Positions 47,937 to 56,258 of a stretch of 64,000 nt of DNA are shown piece after piece; position 1 is the stretch's first letter; each line of letters opens with the position of its first letter. The notes beneath the pieces are model-generated. The model had not been told where the DNA came from, did not search any database, and saw only the letters and a program-made list of their open reading frames with translations. The DNA comes from Pseudomonadota bacterium. Lineage in GTDB: Bacteria; Pseudomonadota; Alphaproteobacteria; Rhodospirillales; Rhodospirillaceae. The DNA lies in the NCBI GenBank assembly GCA_020160875.1, contig JAIUPE010000002.1, forward strand, positions 84 to 64,083, given 5' to 3'. Position numbers and translations under genes: made by a program.

Positions 47937-48923
47937 TCAGCCTCTGTCATTTCCCAAACGGAGTTTTACTTTCTTCATGGCGTCTTCGATCTGCGCTTCG
48001 CCGCCGCCCGGCAACGCGCGGCCAATGCGATTATTGTACAAATCCATTTTTTGTTCGCCCGGGGCATTTGGGACTGAAACTTCGTGTGCGTCGGCCATCG
48101 CTTTAGCTCGTTCGGCCCCCATTGTGCGCGCCATTAAATAGTTCCAGGTGGTATGCTTGTACGCGTCGGCTTCATTGTCGCGCGCGATGACACCGGGGTA
48201 TCGGCGCCCGGTAGCATCCCAAGCCGCAAGAGTCGCAGCGCCTGCCATGAGCGCACCCAATGGATCGCGCCACGCCGCACCTAAATGGCCGGGTGAATTC
48301 GGATCAAATCCCAGCGCTGCTGGGCTAGGTCCCGCCACACTTGGCGCATTGACGTCGGGAATAAAAAGGCCTGGCTTGTCTATACTCTCCGTGTGTGTGG
48401 CCTGTGTGGCAGGATCTTTCTTAAACAGTCCGCCGATCCAATCCATCACCCCAAACTCAGGCGCGCCGGTTTCGGGATTAATATGATTCAATGCGTTGCC
48501 CACGATCAGAACTTCTAGCGGGATGCCGTATGGTTCTGCGGCGCGGCGTAATGCGGCGAGTACCTCTTCGCTTTGAAGCGCTACTGGAACTACGATCTCC
48601 TGGCGCGCGACGTGCGCTACTTCCGTGTCGCTCCCGCGGCCTTGTAAAGCGACAACTCGCGTTTTGAATTGCTGCACTAATTCCGGATTGGATCGGTGTT
48701 CAAGTATCTGAAGTGCATCTTGCACTTGGGCTAAGTAGCGGGTGCGATCCCGGTCCCCGCTGGCCGTTGCCGCGTTCTTAAGTGCGAGTAACGCACGTAG
48801 AGCGGCTGGTCCCGCAGCAATGACGGCATCGCGATCAATGCCTAGCCCAGGCGCATGATCCGCAAGTTCGGTCAGCTTGATGCGAGTTTGATGGGACATT
48901 GGTAAGCGTGAGAAGTCAGTCAT
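47937..48923 (-). CDS. Hypothetical protein with C-terminal 'HxxWN...AHE...MDLYNNRIGR' domain
   Basis: About 328 aa from 'MTDFSRLP' (AGGAAG SD), or 336 aa from the upstream ATG at 48947. No signal peptide. AT-rich relative to the flanks. Confidence 0.6.
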   Translation of the reverse strand: MTDFSRLPMSHQTRIKLTELADHAPGLGIDRDAVIAAGPAALRALLALKNAATASGDRDRTRYLAQVQDALQILEHRSNPELVQQFKTRVVALQGRGSDTEVAHVARQEIVVPVALQSEEVLAALRRAAEPYGIPLEVLIVGNALNHINPETGAPEFGVMDWIGGLFKKDPATQATHTESIDKPGLFIPDVNAPSVAGPSPAALGFDPNSPGHLGAAWRDPLGALMAGAATLAAWDATGRRYPGVIARDNEADAYKHTTWNYLMARTMGAERAKAMADAHEVSVPNAPGEQKMDLYNNRIGRALPGGGEAQIEDAMKKVKLRLGNDRG

Positions 48924-49221
48924 GAGTCTTCCTTTCAAGAATGGCAATCTCTTGAGCGATCTGCAGGCGCGCTGCTGCGCGCACGTATCGTGCGTTGTTA
49001 ACCGGGGTCGATAAGGGAAAGTCCGCGGCGGCGGTTGCGCAGCGGGACATTTATCAATTTGCGCCTAGCGCCAAGTGTCGCACAACTGTTGCCACCGCGA
49101 ATTTTGCTGAAGCCTTCACGAGACAACAGAATCTGGAAAGTGTCGCCTGTCGCCAGGTGTCGCCAACATTCATGCTGTAGCGCTTGGCGAAATCGAAAAG
49201 CCTCGCCGTTTCGGCATAGCT

Positions 49222-51030
49222 TTAGGTGCCGCCGCCATCGGCCGTGAACTGCAAAGCCGCCACACGGGCGTACAACGGATTGCTCGTGATGAGCTGCTCA
49301 TGCCGGCCCGTGGCGACGAGACGTCCATCATCGATGACTGCGATGCGGTCAGCATTCACGACGGTCGCCAGACGGTGCGCGATCACCATGGTGGTGCGTC
49401 CCACCATCAAGCGTTCAAGCGCCGTTTGCACCAGACGTTCGTTCTCCGCATCGAGCGCGCTGGTGGCTTCATCGAGCAGCAGCAGCGCCGGGTCGCGCAG
49501 GATGGCGCGGGCGATGGCGATCCGCTGCTTCTGCCCGCCCGACAGGCGCACGCCGCGCTCGCCCAGGAAACTCTTCATGCCGTCGGGCAGCTTCTTGATG
49601 AATTCCATCGCCGCCGCCGCTTCCGCCGCCGCGTGGACTTCCTCGTCCGTTGCATCGGGGCGGCCGTAGCGAATGTTCTCCATGGCGTCGGCGGCGAAGA
49701 TCACCGGATCCTGGGCGACCATGCCGATGCGCGAGCGCACCACCTGCGGATCGGCTTCCTTGAGGTCGATGCCGTCGATACGCACGCTGCCCGCCTGCGG
49801 ATCGTAGAAGCGCAAAAGGAGCTGGAAGACGGTGGTTTTGCCGGCGCCCGACGGGCCGACGAGGGCGACATGTTCGCCTGGGGCCACATTCAGCGTAAGG
49901 CCTTTCAAGGCCGCCGTTTGCGGACGCGACGGATAGTGGAAGGTCACATTCTCGAAATCGACAGCGCCGCGCGCGGGCAGCGGCAGCGCTTTCGGCTGTG
50001 CGGGCGCGGTGATTTCCGGCTCGGTTTCCAAAAGCTCGATCAGGCGTTCGGTTGCACCCGCCGCGCGCTGTAAATCCCCCATCACTTCCGTCATGGCGCC
50101 GGTCGAGGCGGCGACGGTCACCGAGTAGAAAATGAAGGCCGTCAAATCGCCGGGCGTCACCGTGCCGGCGATGACGCCGTGTCCGCCCGCCCACACCACG
50201 ATGGCGATGGCGGCGAAGACCAGAAGGATGACGATGGCGCCCAGCATCGCGCGCGCCTTGATACGGCGCATGGCGGTGATGAAAGCGCCCTCCACATTGC
50301 GTGCGAAGAAGGCGCGATCGCGGTCTTCATGTACAAAGGCCTGTACGGTGCGGATGGCGTTGATGTTCTCCTCCGCATAGGACCCCACATCGGCTACGCG
50401 GTCCTGGCTCTCACGCGAGAGTTTGCGCACTTTGCGGCCGTACCAGATGATCGGTACGATCACCGCCGGCAATACCAGGGCGACAAGCCCTGTAAGCTTG
50501 GCGTTGGTGACGATTAGCATCGTCACCCCACCCACCAGCGCGACGGAATTACGCAGCGCGATGGACAGGGACGAACCCACCACTTGTTGTAGAAGCGATG
50601 TGTCGGTGGTAATGCGCGAAAGGATTTCGCCGGTCTTGGTGGTCTCGAAGAAGCCCGGCGAAAGTCTGAGGATATGGTTGAATACGGCCGTGCGGATATC
50701 GGCCACGACTCGCTCGCCGATCCACGAGATGTAATAAAATCGTGTGAAGGTGCCGACGGCGATGACGACGATCACCCCGATGAGCGTCAAAAGGCCCTGA
50801 TCGAGCATTTCGCGGCTTCCGGCGGAAAGTCCGCGGTCGATCACGAACTTTAGCCCCAGGCCAATGCTTAAGGTCGCGGCCGAGGTGATGGCCAACGCGA
50901 TACAGAAAATGAGCAGTTGGCCCTTGTACGGACGCATGAATTCATAGGTCCGCCGCAGGTGGGCGTAATTCTTGCTCCGGGGCCGGTCGGGCATGTTCCA
51001 GCGGGAGGGGCCGGAAGACCGTTCGCTCAT
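49222..51030 (-). CDS. ABC transporter, fused permease/ATP-binding half-transporter (ABCB/MsbA/Atm1-like exporter)
   Basis: Six-TM domain followed by an NBD: 'GPSGAGKTT', 'LSGGQKQRIAIARA' and 'LLLDEATSALD'. Start at 'MSERSSGP' (cat at 51028-51030). Confidence 0.85.
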   Translation of the reverse strand: MSERSSGPSRWNMPDRPRSKNYAHLRRTYEFMRPYKGQLLIFCIALAITSAATLSIGLGLKFVIDRGLSAGSREMLDQGLLTLIGVIVVIAVGTFTRFYYISWIGERVVADIRTAVFNHILRLSPGFFETTKTGEILSRITTDTSLLQQVVGSSLSIALRNSVALVGGVTMLIVTNAKLTGLVALVLPAVIVPIIWYGRKVRKLSRESQDRVADVGSYAEENINAIRTVQAFVHEDRDRAFFARNVEGAFITAMRRIKARAMLGAIVILLVFAAIAIVVWAGGHGVIAGTVTPGDLTAFIFYSVTVAASTGAMTEVMGDLQRAAGATERLIELLETEPEITAPAQPKALPLPARGAVDFENVTFHYPSRPQTAALKGLTLNVAPGEHVALVGPSGAGKTTVFQLLLRFYDPQAGSVRIDGIDLKEADPQVVRSRIGMVAQDPVIFAADAMENIRYGRPDATDEEVHAAAEAAAAMEFIKKLPDGMKSFLGERGVRLSGGQKQRIAIARAILRDPALLLLDEATSALDAENERLVQTALERLMVGRTTMVIAHRLATVVNADRIAVIDDGRLVATGRHEQLITSNPLYARVAALQFTADGGGT

Positions 51031-51060
51031 AGGAAATCCTTTGGAATGTGGGGCTTCACT

Positions 51061-51135
51061 AGCGCCGCCGATTTGAAGTTCCCGCACTGGGTGGTGTAAG
51101 ACCACGCCGGGAACTTCAAATCGAAAAGCGGCGCT
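51061..51135. repeat. Bulged long hairpin element (family copy 2)
   Basis: Outer arms AGCGCCGC/GCGGCGCT, inner arms CGATTTGAAGTTCCCG/CGGGAACTTCAAATCG (perfect 16 bp), a 4-nt bulge AAAA and a 23-nt loop. It shares the 13-nt core GATTTGAAGTTCC with copy 1. Confidence 0.8.
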
Positions 51136-51147
51136 AAAAATTTATAT

Positions 51148-51227
51148 CCAAGTGTCCGGTATGTTTCCGAAGTTCGCAACGCGGAAGGCCCAGCCGAGTA
51201 GGCGAACTTCGGAAACCGGACACTTGG
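51148..51227. repeat. Bulged long hairpin element (second type)
   Basis: Outer arms CCAAGTGTCCGG/CCGGACACTTGG, a 4-nt bulge TATG, inner arms TTTCCGAAGTTCGC/GCGAACTTCGGAAA and a 24-nt loop. A half-copy TAGGCGAACTTTGGAAT is present at 13134-13150. Confidence 0.8.
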
Positions 51228-51268
51228 GGCTTTCTTTCTCCTAAGTCAACGCGCAGCATTGTGAGCCC

Positions 51269-52561
51269 ATGCCCGCCTTGGACCGTATCACTTCCCTCTG
51301 CCGCGATTGCCTCGCCGAATATGAATCGGAGGAATGGTCGTGCGCGCGCTGTGGGTCGGACCGGTTGATCCGCCACGCGGAATTGGGCCGTCTTTCCATC
51401 GCCCATATCGACTGTGATGCCTTCTATGCCACCATCGAGAAGCGCGACGATCCGAGCCTTGCCGATAAGCCCGTGCTGGTCGGCGGCGAAAAGCGCGGCG
51501 TGGTCTCAACCGCCTGTTATATCGCCCGCAAGTACGGCCCACGCTCGGCCATGCCGATGTTCAAGGCGCTGCAGATGTGCCCGCATGCCGTGGTCATCAA
51601 GCCGAACATGGCCAAGTACAAAGAGGTCAGCCGGCAGGTGCATAAGGTCTTCGAAACCGCCACGCCGATGATCGAAGCACTCTCGTTGGATGAAGCCTTC
51701 CTGGATCTTTCCGGCACCGAGAAACTCTTCAATCGCTCGGCGGCCGCATCGCTCGCCCATGTCGCCCGCGAGATCGAGCGCGAGATCCGGATCACCGTCT
51801 CCATCGGCCTCAGCTACAACAAATTTCTCGCCAAACTCGCGTCCGATCTCGATAAGCCTCGCGGCTTCGCGGTCATCGGCCGCGGCGATGCGGTGTCGGT
51901 GCTGCATGACCTTCCGATCACGCGTTTGCCCGGGGTCGGTCCGGCCCTTGGTGACCGCCTCAAGATCGGCGGCCTGTTCACCGTCGGCGATGTGCAGCGC
52001 CGTTCGCATGAGGAAATGGCGCTGTTGTATGGCGAAACCGGCGCCTATATCGCGCGCCTCGCGCAAGGCATCGATGAGCGGCATGTGAACATCGACCGCG
52101 AAGCCAAAAGCGTATCGGCGGAAACCACCTTCAACGAAGACATCCGCGATCCCACTCGGTTGCGCCGCATTCTCTGGACTCTCACCGAACGCGTATCGGA
52201 ACGCCTCAAAGCCAAGAATATTGCCGGACGTACGGTGGTGCTCAAACTGAAGACGTCTCGCTTGAAGACGGTGACGCGCAATCACAAGCTGTCCGCGCCC
52301 ACGCAATTGGCCGAGACGATCTTTCGCGAGGCCGAAGCTATGCTATTGAAGGAAGCCACGGGCCCGTTGTTCCGTCTGATCGGCGTTGGCGTGGATCAGT
52401 TGGGCGAGCCGACCGGCGCCGATCCGCAGGATTTGTTCTCGCGCGTTGACAAACCGGCGGGCAAGGCCGACACGCGTAGCGCTGAAGTCGAAAAGGCCAT
52501 GGATACGGTGCGGGCCAAGTTCGGCCGTGCCGCGATCCGCAAGGGCCGCGCCGATCTGTAA
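51269..52561 (+). CDS. dinB: DNA polymerase IV
   Basis: 'IAHIDCDAFYATIEKRDDP', 'SLDEAFLD' and 'SIGLSYNKFLAKLASD'. It has an N-terminal CxxC-x10-CxxC extension. Confidence 0.9.
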   Translation: MPALDRITSLCRDCLAEYESEEWSCARCGSDRLIRHAELGRLSIAHIDCDAFYATIEKRDDPSLADKPVLVGGEKRGVVSTACYIARKYGPRSAMPMFKALQMCPHAVVIKPNMAKYKEVSRQVHKVFETATPMIEALSLDEAFLDLSGTEKLFNRSAAASLAHVAREIEREIRITVSIGLSYNKFLAKLASDLDKPRGFAVIGRGDAVSVLHDLPITRLPGVGPALGDRLKIGGLFTVGDVQRRSHEEMALLYGETGAYIARLAQGIDERHVNIDREAKSVSAETTFNEDIRDPTRLRRILWTLTERVSERLKAKNIAGRTVVLKLKTSRLKTVTRNHKLSAPTQLAETIFREAEAMLLKEATGPLFRLIGVGVDQLGEPTGADPQDLFSRVDKPAGKADTRSAEVEKAMDTVRAKFGRAAIRKGRADL

Positions 52562-52575
52562 GAGGTTTAAGTAAG

Positions 52576-53034
52576 ATGGATATGACCGGCGATTATCTTA
52601 TTCCCGCGCCTCGTCAGGCGGTGTGGGATGCTCTCAATGACCTTGCTGTGTTGAAGGAAGCCATTCCCGGCTGCGAGGCCATTGAATGGACCTCGCCCAC
52701 CGAAATCGATGCCGTCGTGACCGCGAAGATCGGTCCGGTGAAAGCCTCGTTCAAAGGCGCAATCACGCTGTCCGATCTCGATCCGCCGAAGTCCTATCAT
52801 ATTCGCGGTGAGGGTAGGGGCGGCGCGGCCGGCTTCGCCAAGGGCGGCGCCAAGGTGCGACTCGAGGAAGAAGCCGAAGGCACACGCCTTATTTACACCG
52901 TCGATGCCTCCGTCGGCGGTAAGATCGCTCAGGTCGGGGGGCGGCTCATCACCGCCGCGGCCAAGAAACTCGCCGACGAATTTTTTGCACGCCTCGGCGA
53001 AATTGCCGCCGCGCGCGCAGCGGGGACCGCATGA
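52576..53034 (+). CDS. SRPBCC-family CoxG-like protein
   Basis: 'IPGCE', 'GPVKASFKG' and '[12 protein letters not shown]'. 152 aa. Confidence 0.8.
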   Translation: MDMTGDYLIPAPRQAVWDALNDLAVLKEAIPGCEAIEWTSPTEIDAVVTAKIGPVKASFKGAITLSDLDPPKSYHIRGEGRGGAAGFAKGGAKVRLEEEAEGTRLIYTVDASVGGKIAQVGGRLITAAAKKLADEFFARLGEIAAARAAGTA

Positions 53035-53498
53035 AGATTTCACTGATCGTCAACGGAACGGCGCACACGATCGAAATCGAACCGCGTACCTTGTTGGTCG
53101 ATGTCCTGCGCGAACAGCTTCGTCTCACCGGCACGCATGTCGGCTGCGATACCAGTCAGTGCGGGACCTGCACGGTGCATATCGCGGGCAAGCCGGTGAA
53201 GGCCTGCGCCATGCTCGCGGCGCAGGCGGACGGGCAGGCGGTCACGACGATTGAAGGAGTCGCGAAGGGCGATGTGCTTCACCCGATGCAGGCGGCTTTT
53301 CGCGAGCACCATGCTCTCCAGTGCGGTTTCTGCACGCCCGGGATGATTATGACCGCTCTCGCCATGGTCGAGAGTCACAAGGGCGAGCCGCTCACGGAAG
53401 GTGTCGTGCGCAAGGAACTTGAGGGGAATTTCTGCCGCTGCACCGGCTATCAACCCATCGTCACGGCGATCCTCGCGGGCGCAAAGGCTATGGCCTGA
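53031..53498 (+). CDS. (2Fe-2S)-binding small subunit of a molybdenum hydroxylase (CoxS-like)
   Basis: '[12 protein letters not shown]', 'QCGFCTPGM' and 'NFCRCTGY'. Confidence 0.9.
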   Translation: MKISLIVNGTAHTIEIEPRTLLVDVLREQLRLTGTHVGCDTSQCGTCTVHIAGKPVKACAMLAAQADGQAVTTIEGVAKGDVLHPMQAAFREHHALQCGFCTPGMIMTALAMVESHKGEPLTEGVVRKELEGNFCRCTGYQPIVTAILAGAKAMA

Positions 53499-54292
53499 TG
53501 CACAACTTCAATTATCATCGCCCCAAGACGCTGTCCGAAGCGCGTGCGATTTTCTCCGGCGCCGAGGATGCTGTGTATCTCGCCGGCGGACAGACGCTGA
53601 TCCCGACCTTGAAGCAGCGCCTTCGCCAGCCGTCCGACGTCATCGACCTATCTCAGCTTGCGGAGTTGCGGGGTATCGCGGTGGAGAAAGACGCCGTCGT
53701 CATCGGCGCGATGACCCGTCACGCGGATGTCGCCGCGTCGACCGACGTGCGCCGCCTGATCCCCGCGCTCGCGCATCTGGCCGGTGAAGTCGGCGATCCG
53801 CAGGTGCGCAGTCTCGGTACACTGGGCGGTTCTGTGGCGAACAGCGATCCGGCCGCGGATTATCCGGCCGCGGTGCTCGCCCTTGGCGCGGCGATTCACA
53901 CGCCGGAGCGGATCATCGCCGCCGATGATTTTTTTACCGGCCTTTTTGAAACCGCGCTCGAACCGGGTGAGATGATCGTCAAAATATCGTTTCCGGTTCC
54001 CAAGCGTGCGGCCTACATGAAGTTCCGCAATCCGGCGTCGCGTTATGCCGTCGCTGGCGTCTGCGTGGCGGACACCGCCAAAGGTATCCGCGTCGCGGTC
54101 ACCGGCGCTGGGCCCAATGCGTTCCGTCAGACAGAAATGGAAACGGCCCTATCCAAATCTTTCACGCCCGAAGCGCTTGCCGGGGTCATCGTCTCCAGTG
54201 AAGATTTAAACACTGATCTCCACGCCACCGCGGCCTACCGGGCGCATCTTGTCGCCGTCATGGCGCGTCGCGCCGTGGAGGCTTTGATTTAG
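53498..54292 (+). CDS. FAD-binding medium subunit of a molybdenum hydroxylase (CoxM-like)
   Basis: 'YLAGGQTLIPTLK' and 'LGTLGGSVAN'. 264 aa. Confidence 0.85.
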   Translation: MHNFNYHRPKTLSEARAIFSGAEDAVYLAGGQTLIPTLKQRLRQPSDVIDLSQLAELRGIAVEKDAVVIGAMTRHADVAASTDVRRLIPALAHLAGEVGDPQVRSLGTLGGSVANSDPAADYPAAVLALGAAIHTPERIIAADDFFTGLFETALEPGEMIVKISFPVPKRAAYMKFRNPASRYAVAGVCVADTAKGIRVAVTGAGPNAFRQTEMETALSKSFTPEALAGVIVSSEDLNTDLHATAAYRAHLVAVMARRAVEALI

Positions 54293-54315
54293 AGAAATGT
54301 TCTAGCGAGGGGACA

Positions 54316-54915
54316 ATGTCCGCACCAATTCGCTTCTACTTCGATCTGGTCTCGACCTATTCCTATCTCGCCATCGGTCGTATCGATGACCTCGCGGCCC
54401 GCTATGGGCGCAAGGTCGATTGGATCGCCGTCTCGCTCGGACATATCTTCCAGTCGCTGGAGATCAAGCCCCCGCCGTTCATTCCGGCGCGTCTCAAGTA
54501 CAACACCATTGATCTCCTGCGCAGCGCGGAGTTCGCGGGGGTGCCTTTCAAGATCCCTGATCCATTCCCGTTCGATGCGAAGGTCTCACGGTATGCATTC
54601 TGGAGCTTGAAGGCGCGCGATCCGAGGCTCGCCCGTGACTTCGCCATCGCTGTCATGACGCGGGCGTTTGGCGAGGGGCGCAATATCACCACCGCGGCAG
54701 AAGTCGCCGACGCCTGTGGACATCTTGGACTTTCGCTGGCCGATATCGAGACCGCCGCGGCCAATCCTGCCGCGAAACGCGCGGTTGTCGAAGCGATGGA
54801 CAGCGCGAAAGCGGACGGTATGATCGGCGCCCCGTTCATGGTCCTGGACGGAGAACCGTTTTGGGGCGCGGACCGGCTTGAACATCTTGAGCGCCGCCTC
54901 AAAGAGAAGAGTTGA
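54316..54915 (+). CDS. DsbA-family 2-hydroxychromene-2-carboxylate isomerase-like protein
   Basis: 'FYFDLVSTYSYLA' and 'GAPFMVLDGEPFWGADRLEHLE'. Confidence 0.8.
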   Translation: MSAPIRFYFDLVSTYSYLAIGRIDDLAARYGRKVDWIAVSLGHIFQSLEIKPPPFIPARLKYNTIDLLRSAEFAGVPFKIPDPFPFDAKVSRYAFWSLKARDPRLARDFAIAVMTRAFGEGRNITTAAEVADACGHLGLSLADIETAAANPAAKRAVVEAMDSAKADGMIGAPFMVLDGEPFWGADRLEHLERRLKEKS

Positions 54916-54930
54916 GATCTGGAGTCCAGT

Positions 54931-55716
54931 TTGAAAATCGCACTTGTCGGCAATGGCGCAATCGCCCGCCTTGTCAGTTCGTTCTGCGCGGAGCGCCCCC
55001 AAATCTTCTCCATCGTCGGCGCGCTTGGCCTTCCCGCCGATACCGTGTCCGTCGGCGCCCACGCGATCGTCTATTCTGTGGACGAGCTTATTGCCCTGAA
55101 GCCAGACCTTGTCGTCGAGTGTGCGGGCCACAGTGCGGTGCGGGCGGTTTGCGGGCCTGTCCTCGGTGCGGGCATCGATCTCGTCATCGTGTCCACCGGC
55201 AGCCTCGCCGATTCCGCGCTCTGGAAAGACCTCACGACCGCCGCCGCGCGTTCCACAGCCCAGGTCAAGCTCGTCGCGGGCGCGTTGCCAGGCGTCGATG
55301 CGTTGGCCTCGGCGAAGATCGCCGGTCTCGATGGCGTGACCCTGACCTCGAGCAAGCCCCCGCTGGCGTGGAAAGGTACGCCCGCCGAACAGTCTCATGA
55401 TCTCGGCAAGATCACCGCGCGCACGGTCATTTATTCGGGTAATGCCCGAGACGCCGCGCTGACCTTCCCGAAGAACGCCAATGTCGCCGCCACGGCCGCG
55501 CTGGCGGGCGTCGGATTCGAGAAGACGCAAGTCATGCTGGTCGCCGATCCGGCGGTTACACAGAATGTCCACCGTTTGGAGGCGTCGGGTAAATTTGGGC
55601 GCATGGCGCTCGAAATTCATGCGAACCCGTCGCCGGATAATCCAAAAACCTCGCATATGGCGGCGCTTTCCATCATGCGCGTTCTTGAAAACGAAGCCGC
55701 GGCAATCGTAATTTAA
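54931..55716 (+). CDS. nadX: L-aspartate dehydrogenase
   Basis: 'KIALVGNGAIA', 'ECAGHSAV', 'SKPP..W' and 'NPKTSHMAALS'. TTG start. Confidence 0.75.
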   Translation: MKIALVGNGAIARLVSSFCAERPQIFSIVGALGLPADTVSVGAHAIVYSVDELIALKPDLVVECAGHSAVRAVCGPVLGAGIDLVIVSTGSLADSALWKDLTTAAARSTAQVKLVAGALPGVDALASAKIAGLDGVTLTSSKPPLAWKGTPAEQSHDLGKITARTVIYSGNARDAALTFPKNANVAATAALAGVGFEKTQVMLVADPAVTQNVHRLEASGKFGRMALEIHANPSPDNPKTSHMAALSIMRVLENEAAAIVI

Positions 55717-55794
55717 AGGCAACTCAGCCCGGGGGTGGGGCGTAACTGCCCGAAAGGCGCTGATTTCGTGGGATTGCTGAGCTAGTTTCCAGAT

Positions 55795-56256
55795 ATGGCG
55801 GCGGACGAACATAATTCCTCGGTCCAGATGTTGAAGTCGGCATCGGTTCTGATCGTCGAGGATCAGAACTTCGTGCGGGACCTTCTGGGCCGTTTATTGA
55901 CAAGTCTGTTTATTCCGAAGGTCGTGAGCGCCCGCTCAGCCGAGGAAGCCCTGACTACGCTCGAAAACGAGCCTGATCTGGTCAACGTGCTCATCGTGGA
56001 TTTCGAGCTGCCCGGCATGAACGGGGTGACATTCATCGAAAGGCTGCGTGCCTCCTCACACCGTCAGCTCAAGGAAATGCCGGTCGTCATGCTGACCGGC
56101 CACAACGATATGGGGCTCTATCGCGACGCCGCTTGCCTTGGCATCTCGGCATTTCTCGTGAAGCCCGCCGGCCCAGCCACGCTCAAGGCCGCGTTGGAAG
56201 AAGCGCTCACGGGCCGGCGTATCGCCGTGCCGCGCCTCGCCACCGAAACCGAGTAG
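55795..56256 (+). CDS. Stand-alone response regulator receiver (REC) protein
   Basis: 'VLIVEDQNFVRDLL', 'LIVDFELPGMNG' and 'FLVKP'. There is no output domain and no adjacent histidine kinase. Confidence 0.8.
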   Translation: MAADEHNSSVQMLKSASVLIVEDQNFVRDLLGRLLTSLFIPKVVSARSAEEALTTLENEPDLVNVLIVDFELPGMNGVTFIERLRASSHRQLKEMPVVMLTGHNDMGLYRDAACLGISAFLVKPAGPATLKAALEEALTGRRIAVPRLATETE

Positions 56257-56258
56257 CT

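Noticed and set aside
49222-51030. ABC exporter as the dedicated type I secretion ATPase for the two metalloproteases
   Set aside because: It is separated from the proteases by arfB and the AT-rich islet and lies on the opposite strand. No HlyD-type adaptor or TolC-like gene is adjacent, and it has no N-terminal C39/CLD domain. It looks like a generic ABCB/MsbA-type half-transporter. The link cannot be excluded without experiments.
54586-55812. 408-aa minus-strand ORF
   Set aside because: It is antisense to the HCCA-isomerase-like and nadX genes, which have clear family motifs. The composition is Arg/Gly-rich with no recognisable domains.
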